Source of the DNA: a plasmid
DNA length: 41,714 nt
NCBI RefSeq assembly: GCF_055900595.2
Contig: NZ_JBVWEU010000004.1
Strand: one strand, 5' to 3'
Part shown: piece by piece, positions 30,986-39,864 of the stretch
How the letters are laid out: the number at the start of each line of letters is the position of its first letter
Numbering within the stretch: position 1 is the first letter of the stretch
Translations under genes and position numbers: made by a program
The notes under the pieces: generated by a model
Told to the model about the DNA's origin: nothing
Databases searched by the model: none
What the model saw: only the letters and a program-made list of their open reading frames with translations

Positions 30986-31250
30986 ATTATTTGGATTTAC
31001 CAACAAACACTACTATTTAGCTACGAAAACTCAAGAGAAGTACACAAAACCTTTTGGAAGTGATGGAAGTTTAAGTCCTCTTGATTATAGTGTAGGTATT
31101 GGAACAGGTTTAGAATTAGGACATTTCCAGTTTATGTTTGGCTATGATTACCCTCTTAGTAACAGTTCGAAAGATCCAGACCTAAGTCAAGTACGCCAAC
31201 ACAACTTCAGAGCAAGTATAGCATATTCATTTAGAAAGCTAAAAAAATAA
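30975..31250 (+). pseudogene. Possible C-terminal fragment of an outer-membrane beta-barrel protein gene (low-GC origin)
   Basis: Alternating-hydrophobic strands ending ...HNFRASIAYSF. The N-terminus is fused to the IS remnant, so the gene is not intact. Confidence 0.3.
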
Positions 31251-31252
31251 AA

Positions 31253-32044
31253 CTAACCAAGGGCTTTGGATATTTTCAAGGCATCTGATAAAGACTTAAC
31301 ATCATGGGTGCGGAGATAATCTGCACCTTTTTTGTATGCATACATTTCTGCTGCAAGAGTTGGTGCTAAACGAGATTTCACATCGGTTCCAGTTATTTTA
31401 CCTAAGAATGATTTCCGTGACACTGCAATCATTACTTGCAAATTAAAAGCTTCTTGAATTTCAGGGAAACGCTTCAAAACAAGAATAGATGTTTCTGGAT
31501 TAGAGCCTAAAAAGAAGCCCATACCCGGATCAAGAATAATTCGTTCACGCTTTACACCAGCCTCAACTAAAGCAGCAATTCTTTCTTTAAAAAATTCCAT
31601 CATGGAAGTAAAAACCTCTTCCGGATTCGTTTCAACTTTAGTAGCTGCACCAATTCGCTGAACGGAGTGCATCAACACAAGTTTGCAATCTGACTTTGCC
31701 AAGCCTGAATAAATCTCAGGATAAGGAAAACCTTGAATATCATTAATAAAATCAACCTTTTGTTCTATGCAAAAACTCTGAACCTCAGGTTTAAATGTAT
31801 CAACAGAAATAGAAATGCCTTTTTCTTTTAAAGCCTTAATGACAGGTTTGAGTCTTTTGATTTCTTCCACAACGCCCACTTCAGTTGTATCAGGATTACT
31901 GGAAGCGGCTCCCAAATCAATCACATCTGCTCCATCTTCAACCAAATGCAGAGCATGCTCAATTGCCTTATCTGTATCTAAATAAAGTCCTCCATCGGAA
32001 AAACTATCGGTGGTTATATTTACGATTCCAAAAATCTTGCTCAT
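31253..32044 (-). CDS. sul3: Sulfonamide-resistant dihydropteroate synthase Sul3, 263 aa
   Basis: MSKIFGIVNITTDSFSDGGLYLDTDKAIEHALHLVEDGADVIDLGAASSNPDTTEVG... Confidence 0.93.
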   Translation of the reverse strand: MSKIFGIVNITTDSFSDGGLYLDTDKAIEHALHLVEDGADVIDLGAASSNPDTTEVGVVEEIKRLKPVIKALKEKGISISVDTFKPEVQSFCIEQKVDFINDIQGFPYPEIYSGLAKSDCKLVLMHSVQRIGAATKVETNPEEVFTSMMEFFKERIAALVEAGVKRERIILDPGMGFFLGSNPETSILVLKRFPEIQEAFNLQVMIAVSRKSFLGKITGTDVKSRLAPTLAAEMYAYKKGADYLRTHDVKSLSDALKISKALG

Positions 32045-32134
32045 ATCATTTTGCTTTGATTACAAAAGTAGCATTTATCTTAATTGACTAATTATCACTT
32101 ACGCAAATTGACACATTTTCCCTATCTTTGCAGC

Positions 32135-32758
32135 CTAATTTTTTTGTTTTAATTCATTATGAAAACTGATAGGAACTGTCATTTCGAGTTTTTCGCGGTT
32201 TTGGGTCAAAATTCGGTTTTTTCCCCGAACTACGACTGTTTTCGCACCCCGAACAACTAATCCAATCAGAATTTTCCGGCAACGCCGACTCCAAGAAGTG
32301 TAATTCCAGTCTATTTCTGCCGTCAACCCCTGATTCGCGTTAATGCGACAAAGCTCAAACACATAACTCCCCCACGAAGCCATATAAACTCCGATTTCGA
32401 GGTGTTATCCTGTTCCGCATAAACTTCGTTTTTGGGTATTATACCTACACCAAAGCAAGAAGATTATGGGTCCAAACTTCATTTGTATATTTTGCAAACA
32501 AATATCTGCCTGTCATATCTGTCGGAGTGTGGTGATACTCCTTTGCATTAAAAATGCGCTGATAAAAGGTAGTTCAGCAAAAGGCGAAACGCCAATAAAT
32601 ATATCTATAACCGGTTTCGCCCGTTGATTGGGTATCGCCGTGCTTCCGATATGTTCAATGGCTACGGCATGAGAACCGAAAAAATGGAGCAATTTTATTT
32701 TCTCTTCTTCAAAATTCTTTGTCTAATCCGGGTTATATTCCATAATTTCAATTTTCAT
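32135..32758 (-). pseudogene. Decayed GrpB/UPF0157-family gene: in-frame TAG at 32723-32725 plus frameshifts. The 82-aa track ORF 32135..32383 is its distal piece
   Basis: MKIEIMEYNPD*TKNFEEEKIKLLHFFGSHAVAIEHIGSTAIPNQRAKPVIDIFIGV, then GRYLFAKY and FELCRINANQGLTAEI in other frames. Confidence 0.5.
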
Positions 32759-32795
32759 GATAGTTTCGTCCTTGCCTCAAAAACCATGTTTGGTA

Positions 32796-33659
32796 TTATA
32801 CTCCATATCTCTCCGGTGCAGGAATAGCCTTTTCTGATGCACGGCTAACAGCTTCCCATTCTTCCCAGGTAGCCATCCGTGCTTTTAAGGTATCCATCGC
32901 CAAATCGTATACCATGCTGCCAAGGATAAGCCTCAAAGGCGGATTATTGCTGGCTACTAATTTCATAAGGGCTTCCGCTGCCAAGGAAGGATCACTATCG
33001 ACCGAATCTTCGGAATACTGTTTCGCCAGCTCATCGCGCAGTGTACCGTATGAATCTAATGGATTGCTGTAACTCATCGAAGTGTATAAATCTGTCCAAT
33101 ATCCTCCTGGTTCCACCATAGTGAGTTTCACTCCGAAATGTTCCGCTTCTTTTGCTAAGGCTTCACTCATTCCTTCCAGCGCAAATTTACTTGCACTGTA
33201 AATACCAGACATCGGACCCGAGATAATAGCGCCAATGCTTGTAATCTGTATGATATGTCCAGAACGCTGCGACCTCAAATAGGGCATCACTGCCTGACAA
33301 ACCCAAAGAGCTCCAAAAAAGTTTGTGTCCATTAGTTTCCGAGCATCGGATTCGTTTAGTTCTTCAATCATACCCATAGTCATGATACCCGCATTATTAA
33401 CAACAATATCAAGCCTACCGAAATGTTTAACTGCTGTTTCAACCGTAGAAAAAACAGCCTCCCTATCTGTAACATCGAGGTTTAATGGCAGTAAGCTCTC
33501 TTGATATGTTTCTTCTAGCTTCGCCAAATTATCGATAGTCCTTGCAACTGCAACAACTTTATCCCCGGCTTTCAAGGCGGCGCATGTAAAAGCATAGCCA
33601 AGCCCCTTGCTTGCTCCGGTAATAAACCATACTCTTTTATTTTCGCTATTAGGTATCAT
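32796..33659 (-). CDS. Short-chain dehydrogenase/reductase (SDR), 287 aa
   Basis: TGASKGLG cofactor motif, NNAG, catalytic S...YSASK. Confidence 0.85.
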   Translation of the reverse strand: MIPNSENKRVWFITGASKGLGYAFTCAALKAGDKVVAVARTIDNLAKLEETYQESLLPLNLDVTDREAVFSTVETAVKHFGRLDIVVNNAGIMTMGMIEELNESDARKLMDTNFFGALWVCQAVMPYLRSQRSGHIIQITSIGAIISGPMSGIYSASKFALEGMSEALAKEAEHFGVKLTMVEPGGYWTDLYTSMSYSNPLDSYGTLRDELAKQYSEDSVDSDPSLAAEALMKLVASNNPPLRLILGSMVYDLAMDTLKARMATWEEWEAVSRASEKAIPAPERYGV

Positions 33660-33804
33660 AGATATTCTCCTTTAGGCTATTATAGAAAGATTATTATAAG
33701 CGAAATTAATACCGTTAAACGCCATGAGCCCGACAATTTTGAGCACTTTGTTTTGTACTCCCAGAAGCTCACCACTACAAATTATCATCAACCCGGTCCT
33801 TTTT

Positions 33805-34064
33805 TCAGTCCACTTGCGGTTTCATTGTTACTTTGTCATAGCGTCGTGTCAGAATGCGGCAGAGAACAGCGTTTACTATCAACGCAACACCAGACCAGAA
33901 AAACCATGTATTAACACCTATAACCTCAACAACCGGACCTGCAACAAGTAAGCCTATCGGCATAGAAAGAGTCATGGCGGTCATCAAAAGGGAAAACACC
34001 TTGCCCATCATTTCAGGGGCAATGCTTTCTTGAACATAAGCCATAACAGGAACATTCATAAATG
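33805..34064 (-). pseudogene. mef(B): 3-prime fragment of an MFS macrolide-efflux gene (mef(B)-like), truncated by IS26
   Basis: C-terminal TM helices ...VMAYVQESIAPEMMGKVFSLLMTAMTLSMPIGLLVAGPVVE. The first track codons derive from the IS26 IR. Confidence 0.65.
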
Positions 34065-34884
34065 GGCACTGTTGCAAAGTTAGCGATGAGGCAGCCTTTT
34101 GTCTTATTCAAAGGCCTTACATTTCAAAAACTCTGCTTACCAGGCGCATTTCGCCCAGGGGATCACCATAATAAAATGCTGAGGCCTGGCCTTTGCGTAG
34201 TGCACGCATCACCTCAATACCTTTGATGGTGGCGTAAGCCGTCTTCATGGATTTAAATCCCAGCGTGGCGCCGATTATCCGTTTCAGTTTGCCATGATCG
34301 CATTCAATCACGTTGTTCCGGTACTTAATCTGTCGGTGTTCAACGTCAGACGGGCACCGGCCTTCGCGTTTGAGCAGAGCAAGCGCGCGACCATAGGCGG
34401 GCGCTTTATCCGTGTTGATGAATCGCGGGATCTGCCACTTCTTCACGTTGTTGAGGATTTTACCCAGAAACCGGTATGCAGCTTTGCTGTTACGACGGGA
34501 GGAGAGATAAAAATCGACAGTGCGGCCCCGGCTGTCGACGGCCCGGTACAGATACGCCCAGCGGCCATTGACCTTCACGTAGGTTTCATCCATGTGCCAC
34601 GGGCAAAGATCGGAAGGGTTACGCCAGTACCAGCGCAGCCGTTTTTCCATTTCAGGCGCATAACGCTGAACCCAGCGGTAAATCGTGGAGTGATCGACAT
34701 TCACTCCGCGTTCAGCCAGCATCTCCTGCAGCTCACGGTAACTGATGCCGTATTTGCAGTACCAGCGTACGGCCCACAGAATGATGTCACGCTGAAAATG
34801 CCGGCCTTTGAATGGGTTCATGTGCAGCTCCATCAGCAAAAGGGGATGATAAGTTTATCACCACCGACTATTTGCAACAGTGCC
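34065..34884 (-). mobile_element. IS26 (820 bp)
   Basis: 14-bp IRs GGCACTGTTGCAAA at both ends. The sequence matches recalled IS26. Confidence 0.96.
34117..34821 (-). CDS. tnp26: IS26 transposase Tnp26, 234 aa from ATG 34821
   Basis: MNPFKGRHFQRDIILWAVRWYCKYGISYRELQEMLAERGVNVDHSTIYRWVQRYAPEMEK... Confidence 0.95.
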   Translation of the reverse strand: MNPFKGRHFQRDIILWAVRWYCKYGISYRELQEMLAERGVNVDHSTIYRWVQRYAPEMEKRLRWYWRNPSDLCPWHMDETYVKVNGRWAYLYRAVDSRGRTVDFYLSSRRNSKAAYRFLGKILNNVKKWQIPRFINTDKAPAYGRALALLKREGRCPSDVEHRQIKYRNNVIECDHGKLKRIIGATLGFKSMKTAYATIKGIEVMRALRKGQASAFYYGDPLGEMRLVSRVFEM

Positions 34885-35916
34885 ATAACGACTGCGTTTG
34901 CGAATGATCCTGTGCCCCAGAAAGATAAAGCCGTCATTAACATGGGTGATTTTAGTCTTATCCATGTTCAGCCTGAGTTTCAGACTGCCTTCGAGCACAC
35001 CCCGACACTCCTCCCTGATGGCTTCCGCCTGTGCTTTGGTGCCTTTGACGATGGGGACAAAATCATCGGCATAGCGGCAGTACGCCACCGCGGGTTTCCA
35101 CTGCCAGTTTTCTCTGACCGCCGTACTTCGGCCCCGTTGGATACTGTTATTCCAGTACCACCGATCTTTTCTGGCTTTCCCGCTCAGGTAGCGCTCATGC
35201 AGGTATTGATCGAACTCATTCAGCATGATGTTCGATAATAGCGGCGATATAACACCGCCCTGTGGCACACCTTCACTGGCCGCCCGAAAGAGACCGACAT
35301 CGATATGTCCCGCCTTGATGGTTTTCCACAGCAGAGTCATGAAACGTGCGTCACTGATCCTGCGGCGTACAGCCTTCATCAGCAGTCGATGATGTACGGT
35401 GTCGAAGTAACTGGACAGGTCGCCTTCAATCACCCAGCGTCCCCGGGTTTCACCGCAGTCTGTGAGCTGTAATTTCACCGTGCGGATCGCGTGGTGGACA
35501 CTGCGCTCAGGCCGGAAGCCATATGAGAGCGTATGAAAATCACTCTCCCATATCGGCTCCATCGCCATCAGCATGGCCCGCTGAACAATACGATCCCGCA
35601 ACGCGGGGATACCCAGTGGTCGCAGTTTGCCGTTGCTTTTAGGGATGTAAACCCGTCTGGCGGGCAAGGGCTGGTAGTGGCCTGAGAGTAATTCATCCCT
35701 GAGGATTTGCAGCTCAACAGCCAGTCTGGCCTGTAGCATTGTTTTGTTCACGCCATCAACGCCGGGGGTATGCGCCCCCTTTGATGAAAGCGTGATCCGC
35801 GCCGCTTCAGCCAGCCATTCTGGTTGTGTTATCAGACGCAGCAGCCGTTGAATCCGTAGGGACGGATCGGTGGCTGCCCATGTGGCAAGCTTGCGTTGCA
35901 TTTCGCTGATTATCAA
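34885..35916 (-). pseudogene. Group II intron RT/maturase, C-terminally truncated (about 344 aa retained)
   Basis: RT motifs RRVYIPKSNGKLRPLGIPALRDRIVQ, FRPERSVHHAI and YADDFV. The track ORF tail VANSRW is IS26 sequence. Confidence 0.85.
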
Positions 35917-36572
35917 AGGTCTTCACCTCGTTAGGTCAGTTAATTCACGTCGCAAACACATTCAAACTGCTTCCCTTCGCCATGTAATGGGCTTTCCCCA
36001 TCGCGGACTACTACGGAAGCTCCGCCAGCCAGCGCGTCATCGGAGCCATGCCCCCTTAACATCCGTCGCTGACCTTCCCCGGTTTACCTGCCTGGACTCA
36101 GGCATACTGAGGAGGCTGCCCGTCGCACTCTTTATCCTTGCTTGCCGCAAGTTGGCAGAAGTCAGCAACGCAAGCGTGATAGACGCTGCTGCCCCGGTGT
36201 TTCGCATACATGTCAAAACACCTTCGACCGGCAGTGCTTACGTATCACTGCCAGTTCCTCCTGCACGGCCTGTCAGATCACGTAGGCCGTGGTGACGTTT
36301 TCAACCCACAGAGGCGGATTAACGGGTTCATGTTCTTCAGCCTTTCAGTACTTAACCTTGAGGATCATCTCGGCTTAGTGATCTCGCCTCAATCCCCGTT
36401 GTCAGCGGGTTACATCACCCTGCGGGCATGCCGCAGGTCACTGCCGCTCAGGTTCTCCACCGTCACACCCGGTGGGATTGTTGGGTTTCTCATCGTGAGT
36501 TACCGGTTCAATATTCCAGACAGACTCGCGGTTCATTTAAGCATCCATGCCCGCCCTGAACTCCGGGCACAC
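34885..36572 (-). mobile_element. Second, unrelated group II intron: the 5-prime 1688 nt only, with the 3-prime end removed by IS26
   Basis: The minus strand begins GTGTGCCCGGAGTTCAGG (GUGYG) at 36572. About 656 nt of structured leader precede the IEP. Confidence 0.8.
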
Positions 36573-36927
36573 TGTAGGTGATGTCGGTGACCCACACCTG
36601 ATTGGGCTTCACTACAGTAAATTCACGCCGCACGTGATTAGGCGCTATCAGTGACGGTCGTCCCCGGCTCCCGCGTGGCACTTTATAACCATGTATAGCC
36701 TGAATCCTGTTTTTCCTCATGATTTTGGCAACCCGGTTTCTGCTGCACACTTCGCCAATTTCGCGAAGATCGCCATGAACCCTGCGATAACCGTAAACTC
36801 CACCACTCAGCGTATAGGAGTCGCGGATGAGTTCCAGCAGTCGCTGGTTATCCTTTTCTCCGGCAGATACAGGGTTATGGAGCCAGACATAAAATCCGGC
36901 ACGGGCAACCTTAAGGACCCGACACAT
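36573..36927 (-). pseudogene. IS3-family OrfB (DDE transposase) N-terminal part, ending at ...NQVWVTDITY where the intron begins
   Basis: GGVYGYRRVHGDLREIG...RVAKIMRKN...VWVTDITY. The track tail SVPGVQGGHG... is intron sequence. Confidence 0.8.
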
Positions 36928-36974
36928 TGTAACGATCGACCAGATTTCACGGTGATCGTTGATAAAGCGATACT

Positions 36975-37259
36975 TCAGTCGGGCTCCCTTGCAAAGTACC
37001 GCGCTGCCTTTTTCAGAATATCCCGCTCTTCCTCAGTGCGTTTAAGCTGTGCTTTCAGCCTGAGAATTTCTGTTCTGGCATCCAGTAAATCCTGTGCCTG
37101 CTGTCCACTGTTGTCAGGCTTAACAGCCCGGAGCCATTTATATAGGCTGTGCGCCGACACGCCGAGCCGTTCAGATACTTCAGCAATAGAATAGCCCCGC
37201 TCGGTGATCTGGCGGACGGCCTCTTCCTTAAATTCAGGGGTAAAACGTGATGTGCCCAT
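36975..37259 (-). CDS. IS3-family OrfA (HTH plus leucine zipper), 94 aa
   Basis: FTPEFKEEAVRQITERGYSIAEVSERLGVSAHSLYKWL ... RDILKKAARYFA. Confidence 0.85.
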   Translation of the reverse strand: MGTSRFTPEFKEEAVRQITERGYSIAEVSERLGVSAHSLYKWLRAVKPDNSGQQAQDLLDARTEILRLKAQLKRTEEERDILKKAARYFAREPD

Positions 37260-37277
37260 AGACTCCTCCTATGCTCA

Positions 37278-37357
37278 AACTATAGGGCAGATTTGTCTAC
37301 GGGCTCGGGGTCACTCCAACTATAGGGCAGATTTGTCTACGGGCTCGGGGTCACTCC
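37278..37357. repeat. Exact tandem duplication (2 x 40 bp) of AACTATAGGGCAGATTTGTCTACGGGCTCGGGGTCACTCC, which is the terminal sequence of the IS3-family element
   Basis: 37278-37317 and 37318-37357 are identical. Confidence 0.9.
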
Positions 37358-37358
37358 A

Positions 37359-37399
37359 TTAAGTGATAACAGGTGTCTGGAAATATAGGGGCAAATCCA
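37359..37399 (+). mobile_element. 41-bp IS2-like right-end fragment
   Basis: TTAAGTGATAACAGGTGTCTGGAAATATAGGGGCAAATCCA differs at one position from the recalled IS2 IRR. Confidence 0.7.
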
Positions 37400-37461
37400 G
37401 TCGGGAGGATGCGTGATCTGATCCTTCAACTCAGCAAAAGTTCGATTTATTCAACAAAGCC
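37400..37461 (-). mobile_element. 62-bp IS903 left-end fragment (inverted relative to 9642 and 11717)
   Basis: The reverse complement equals IS903 nt 1-62 with one mismatch. Confidence 0.88.
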
Positions 37462-37502
37462 CATTCATGTCTGTCGTCTCCGTCACGGAAATTATTACGG
37501 GA

Positions 37503-37919
37503 TTATTTCACCCAGTCTTCCAGCACCAGGCCCGGGACCCGCGCAAACTCTCTCACATTGTTCGTCACCAGGATGGCGCCCGCCGCGATGGCGTGCCCGG
37601 CAATGGCCGTGTCATTCGGGCCGATCGGCGTCCCGGCTAGGCGCAGCGCCACCCGGATGTCCGTCGTGGCGTCCACCGCGGCGCGGTCCCAGGGCAGGAC
37701 GGCATCGAGGCGCGCGCAGAACGCGTCGACCAGCTGAATATGGCGCGGCGAGGCCTTCGGGCCGGTGGCGCCGAAGCGCATCTCGGCATATGTCACGGCC
37801 GAGACCACGATGCGATCACCGCGCAGCACCGCCTGCTCCAGGCGCTTCAGCACCGCTGCCGGCTGCTCGCGCATGATGAACGAGCAGATGTTAGTATCGA
37901 GCATCCAGGTTTTCTTCAT
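37503..37919 (-). CDS. vagD: PIN-domain toxin VapC/VagD, 138 aa
   Basis: MLDTNICSF... PIN acidic residues. 4-nt overlap with the upstream antitoxin gene. Confidence 0.9.
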   Translation of the reverse strand: MKKTWMLDTNICSFIMREQPAAVLKRLEQAVLRGDRIVVSAVTYAEMRFGATGPKASPRHIQLVDAFCARLDAVLPWDRAAVDATTDIRVALRLAGTPIGPNDTAIAGHAIAAGAILVTNNVREFARVPGLVLEDWVK

Positions 37920-38146
37920 GGCTCAAAACGTCCTTCATCGCTGACCACATCCTCACGCTCCGCCATAAAGTCCGGATCGGCCCTGTCCAGCTGCGCGAAC
38001 GAGCCCCAGGTCGGCCGGACGGGACGCAGAATGATGCTGTCCCCTTCCCGGACGATCTCCAGCTCGCTGACGCCGTCAAAATCCAGGTCCCGGGGCAGAC
38101 GGATGGCGCGGTTATTGCCGTTTTTAAATATCGAAACTGTGCGCAT
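37916..38146 (-). CDS. vagC: AbrB/SpoVT-fold antitoxin VapB/VagC, 76 aa
   Basis: MRTVSIFKNGNNRAIRLPRDLDFDGVSELEIVREGDSIILRP. Confidence 0.9.
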   Translation of the reverse strand: MRTVSIFKNGNNRAIRLPRDLDFDGVSELEIVREGDSIILRPVRPTWGSFAQLDRADPDFMAEREDVVSDEGRFEP

Positions 38147-38197
38147 GGTTTTTCCTCATATGCTGAGTGTGCCAGGGAGTATTCCCGCATAGGTGAA

Positions 38198-38305
38198 GTA
38201 TATGCCTGCAAGCCCGGCTTGTATAGGTGTTACATATGCAGATGGTAGGTATATGCGTATGCTTTGCCTATGCAGATGCCCGGCATATGGATATGTTACA
38301 CCTAT
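38198..38305. promoter_or_regulatory. Repeat-dense region upstream of vagC: inverted repeat ATAGGTGTTACATAT (38223-38237) / ATATGTTACACCTAT (38291-38305), direct TATGCAGATG x2 (38235, 38269), GTATATGC x2 (38198, 38249)
   Basis: Repeats read directly. A role as a VagC operator is an inference. Confidence 0.4.
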
Positions 38306-38719
38306 GTTGGTTTCTCACTTTTCCCGCTCAGATCCGAAAAAAGGCAGTTCCGGATCTGATTCAGCCCCGCCGGCGCGCAGCGGCCCGGAAACACAAGATG
38401 TAGCGGTGTTTCCAGCTGTCAGTGACCATATATGTTGTGTCCCTCCCCTGCCCCGTGACCGGCCGCTCACCACCCTGAAAGGGCGCTGTGGTTATTCCGT
38501 GTGCGTGGTACACTTCCGGAAACTGTGGAATAACATAAAAGTCGGATCCGGCCAGAGCGGCCGTCAGGTAATTTAATTACGTTGTTATATGGCTGCTTAT
38601 TATTTTAGTATGTGAAAATCACTCTAGTGAAAGTCACTGTCACGACAGAGTGGCACTCATCTGACGATGATTGAGGTGTGGTAAAATTGCACGGCTAACT
38701 ATTCAACTGAGGAAAGGAC

Positions 38720-39070
38720 ATGTTTACTGCATTCAATGAGAGAAATGATTTCAGTTATGCTTTTGAAAAAATCCGTAATGCGATTTCCGCGCCAGGAGAA
38801 AATAATCTTTATGCTGCAACAGAATTAGGTCTTGGCATTCTGCTCCGTAAATACGAGCAGTTTCGCCAGGAACTGGATGCGGCCGGTGAGCTGGGAAACT
38901 GGGAATATGATCTCGATACCTACAATCACTGTATTGCGGTGCTGCAACGTTACTTCACCGGCAATCCATCCGGACTGACAGAACGTGATGCCCGGATTTA
39001 CAGCCATTACCTGCAGACTGAGCACAAAAGGTTTGTGAAACTGGCTGAAGAGCTGGCTGCCGGCCGCTGA
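38720..39070 (+). CDS. Hypothetical protein, 116 aa, soluble and helical
   Basis: RBS GAGGAAAGG before the ATG. First gene of a three-gene same-strand cluster. No motif recognised. Confidence 0.6.
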   Translation: MFTAFNERNDFSYAFEKIRNAISAPGENNLYAATELGLGILLRKYEQFRQELDAAGELGNWEYDLDTYNHCIAVLQRYFTGNPSGLTERDARIYSHYLQTEHKRFVKLAEELAAGR

Positions 39071-39120
39071 CTACGGACAGAGGGCGGGATTTCTCAGGAA
39101 TATAAAGGGGTAAATGATCA

Positions 39121-39864
39121 ATGACTGATATACAGGCCGCAACTGAGAGTATAGTTGCTGCGACATCCCATCCGGTTTCCGTACAGCTGATTAATCAAGG
39201 GGCGGGGATCTGGGGAAACGTGGCAACCGGGCTTATCACTGGCCTGCTTACTGGGGGTATAACACTCACTGGCATCTGGCTGACACATTATTTCACGCTT
39301 AAGCGTGAGAGACAGGCGTCAGAAGATAAAATGAAAAAGGAACTGCATTACATTGCCACCGAGTTGGTATTCATGCTTGAACGGTATGCTGAGGGTTGTT
39401 TCCGGGTTGTGACGGATGACGGCCAGGATGATGATGCCCCCCAGCCTGAGAGAAAAGCTGTCACGAATTACCCTGAACTGAATCTGATCGATGTCTCCGG
39501 TGACTGGCGGACTTTAGAGCCACGTCTTATGTATCGCATCCGTGAACTGCCGGTGCTCCAGGATGAGGCCCACAGGGCAATTGCATATGCCGCCGAATAC
39601 TCCGACCCTCCTTGGCATAAGGACTATTTCAGGGAACGGCAGTATCAGTTCACGCGCTTGGGCATCAACGCTGTCATTCTTGCCGTCCGTCTGCGCAAGG
39701 CAACCGGGATGCCCGAAACACGTCTTACAGGTCATGATGAATGGTCTGCAGTTTCCGTGTTTCGTAAAGTCTGGAGGCGCGAAAGAGCCCTGCGCGCTGC
39801 TGAAGCTACCCGCAACAGGGAGTGGAATCAATTAGTGATACCTGATGGAATGTCAAACCAATGA
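39121..39864 (+). CDS. Hypothetical membrane-anchored protein, 247 aa
   Basis: Gly-rich hydrophobic segment IWGNVATGLITGLLTGGITLTGIWLTHYF near the N-terminus. The stop overlaps the next gene's ATG (ATGA at 39861-39864). Confidence 0.65.
   Translation: MTDIQAATESIVAATSHPVSVQLINQGAGIWGNVATGLITGLLTGGITLTGIWLTHYFTLKRERQASEDKMKKELHYIATELVFMLERYAEGCFRVVTDDGQDDDAPQPERKAVTNYPELNLIDVSGDWRTLEPRLMYRIRELPVLQDEAHRAIAYAAEYSDPPWHKDYFRERQYQFTRLGINAVILAVRLRKATGMPETRLTGHDEWSAVSVFRKVWRRERALRAAEATRNREWNQLVIPDGMSNQ

Larger units (their letters stand above)
36573..37358 (-). mobile_element. IS3-family insertion sequence, left part only (the intron is inserted in orfB and the rest is missing)
   Basis: orfA and orfB' organisation. 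The terminal sequence TGGAGTGACCCC... starts with the TG typical of IS3-family ends. Confidence 0.75.

Noticed and set aside
34294-35238. 314-aa plus-strand ORF spanning IS26 and the intron RT
   Set aside because: It crosses the IS26 boundary at 34884 and is antisense to two recognised genes, so it cannot be a real gene.
38193-38576. 127-aa plus-strand ORF in the vagC-orf116 gap
   Set aside because: It has no RBS, a Cys/Pro/Arg-rich improbable composition, and it overlaps hairpin and repeat structures. It is treated as non-coding (see the finding on this gap).
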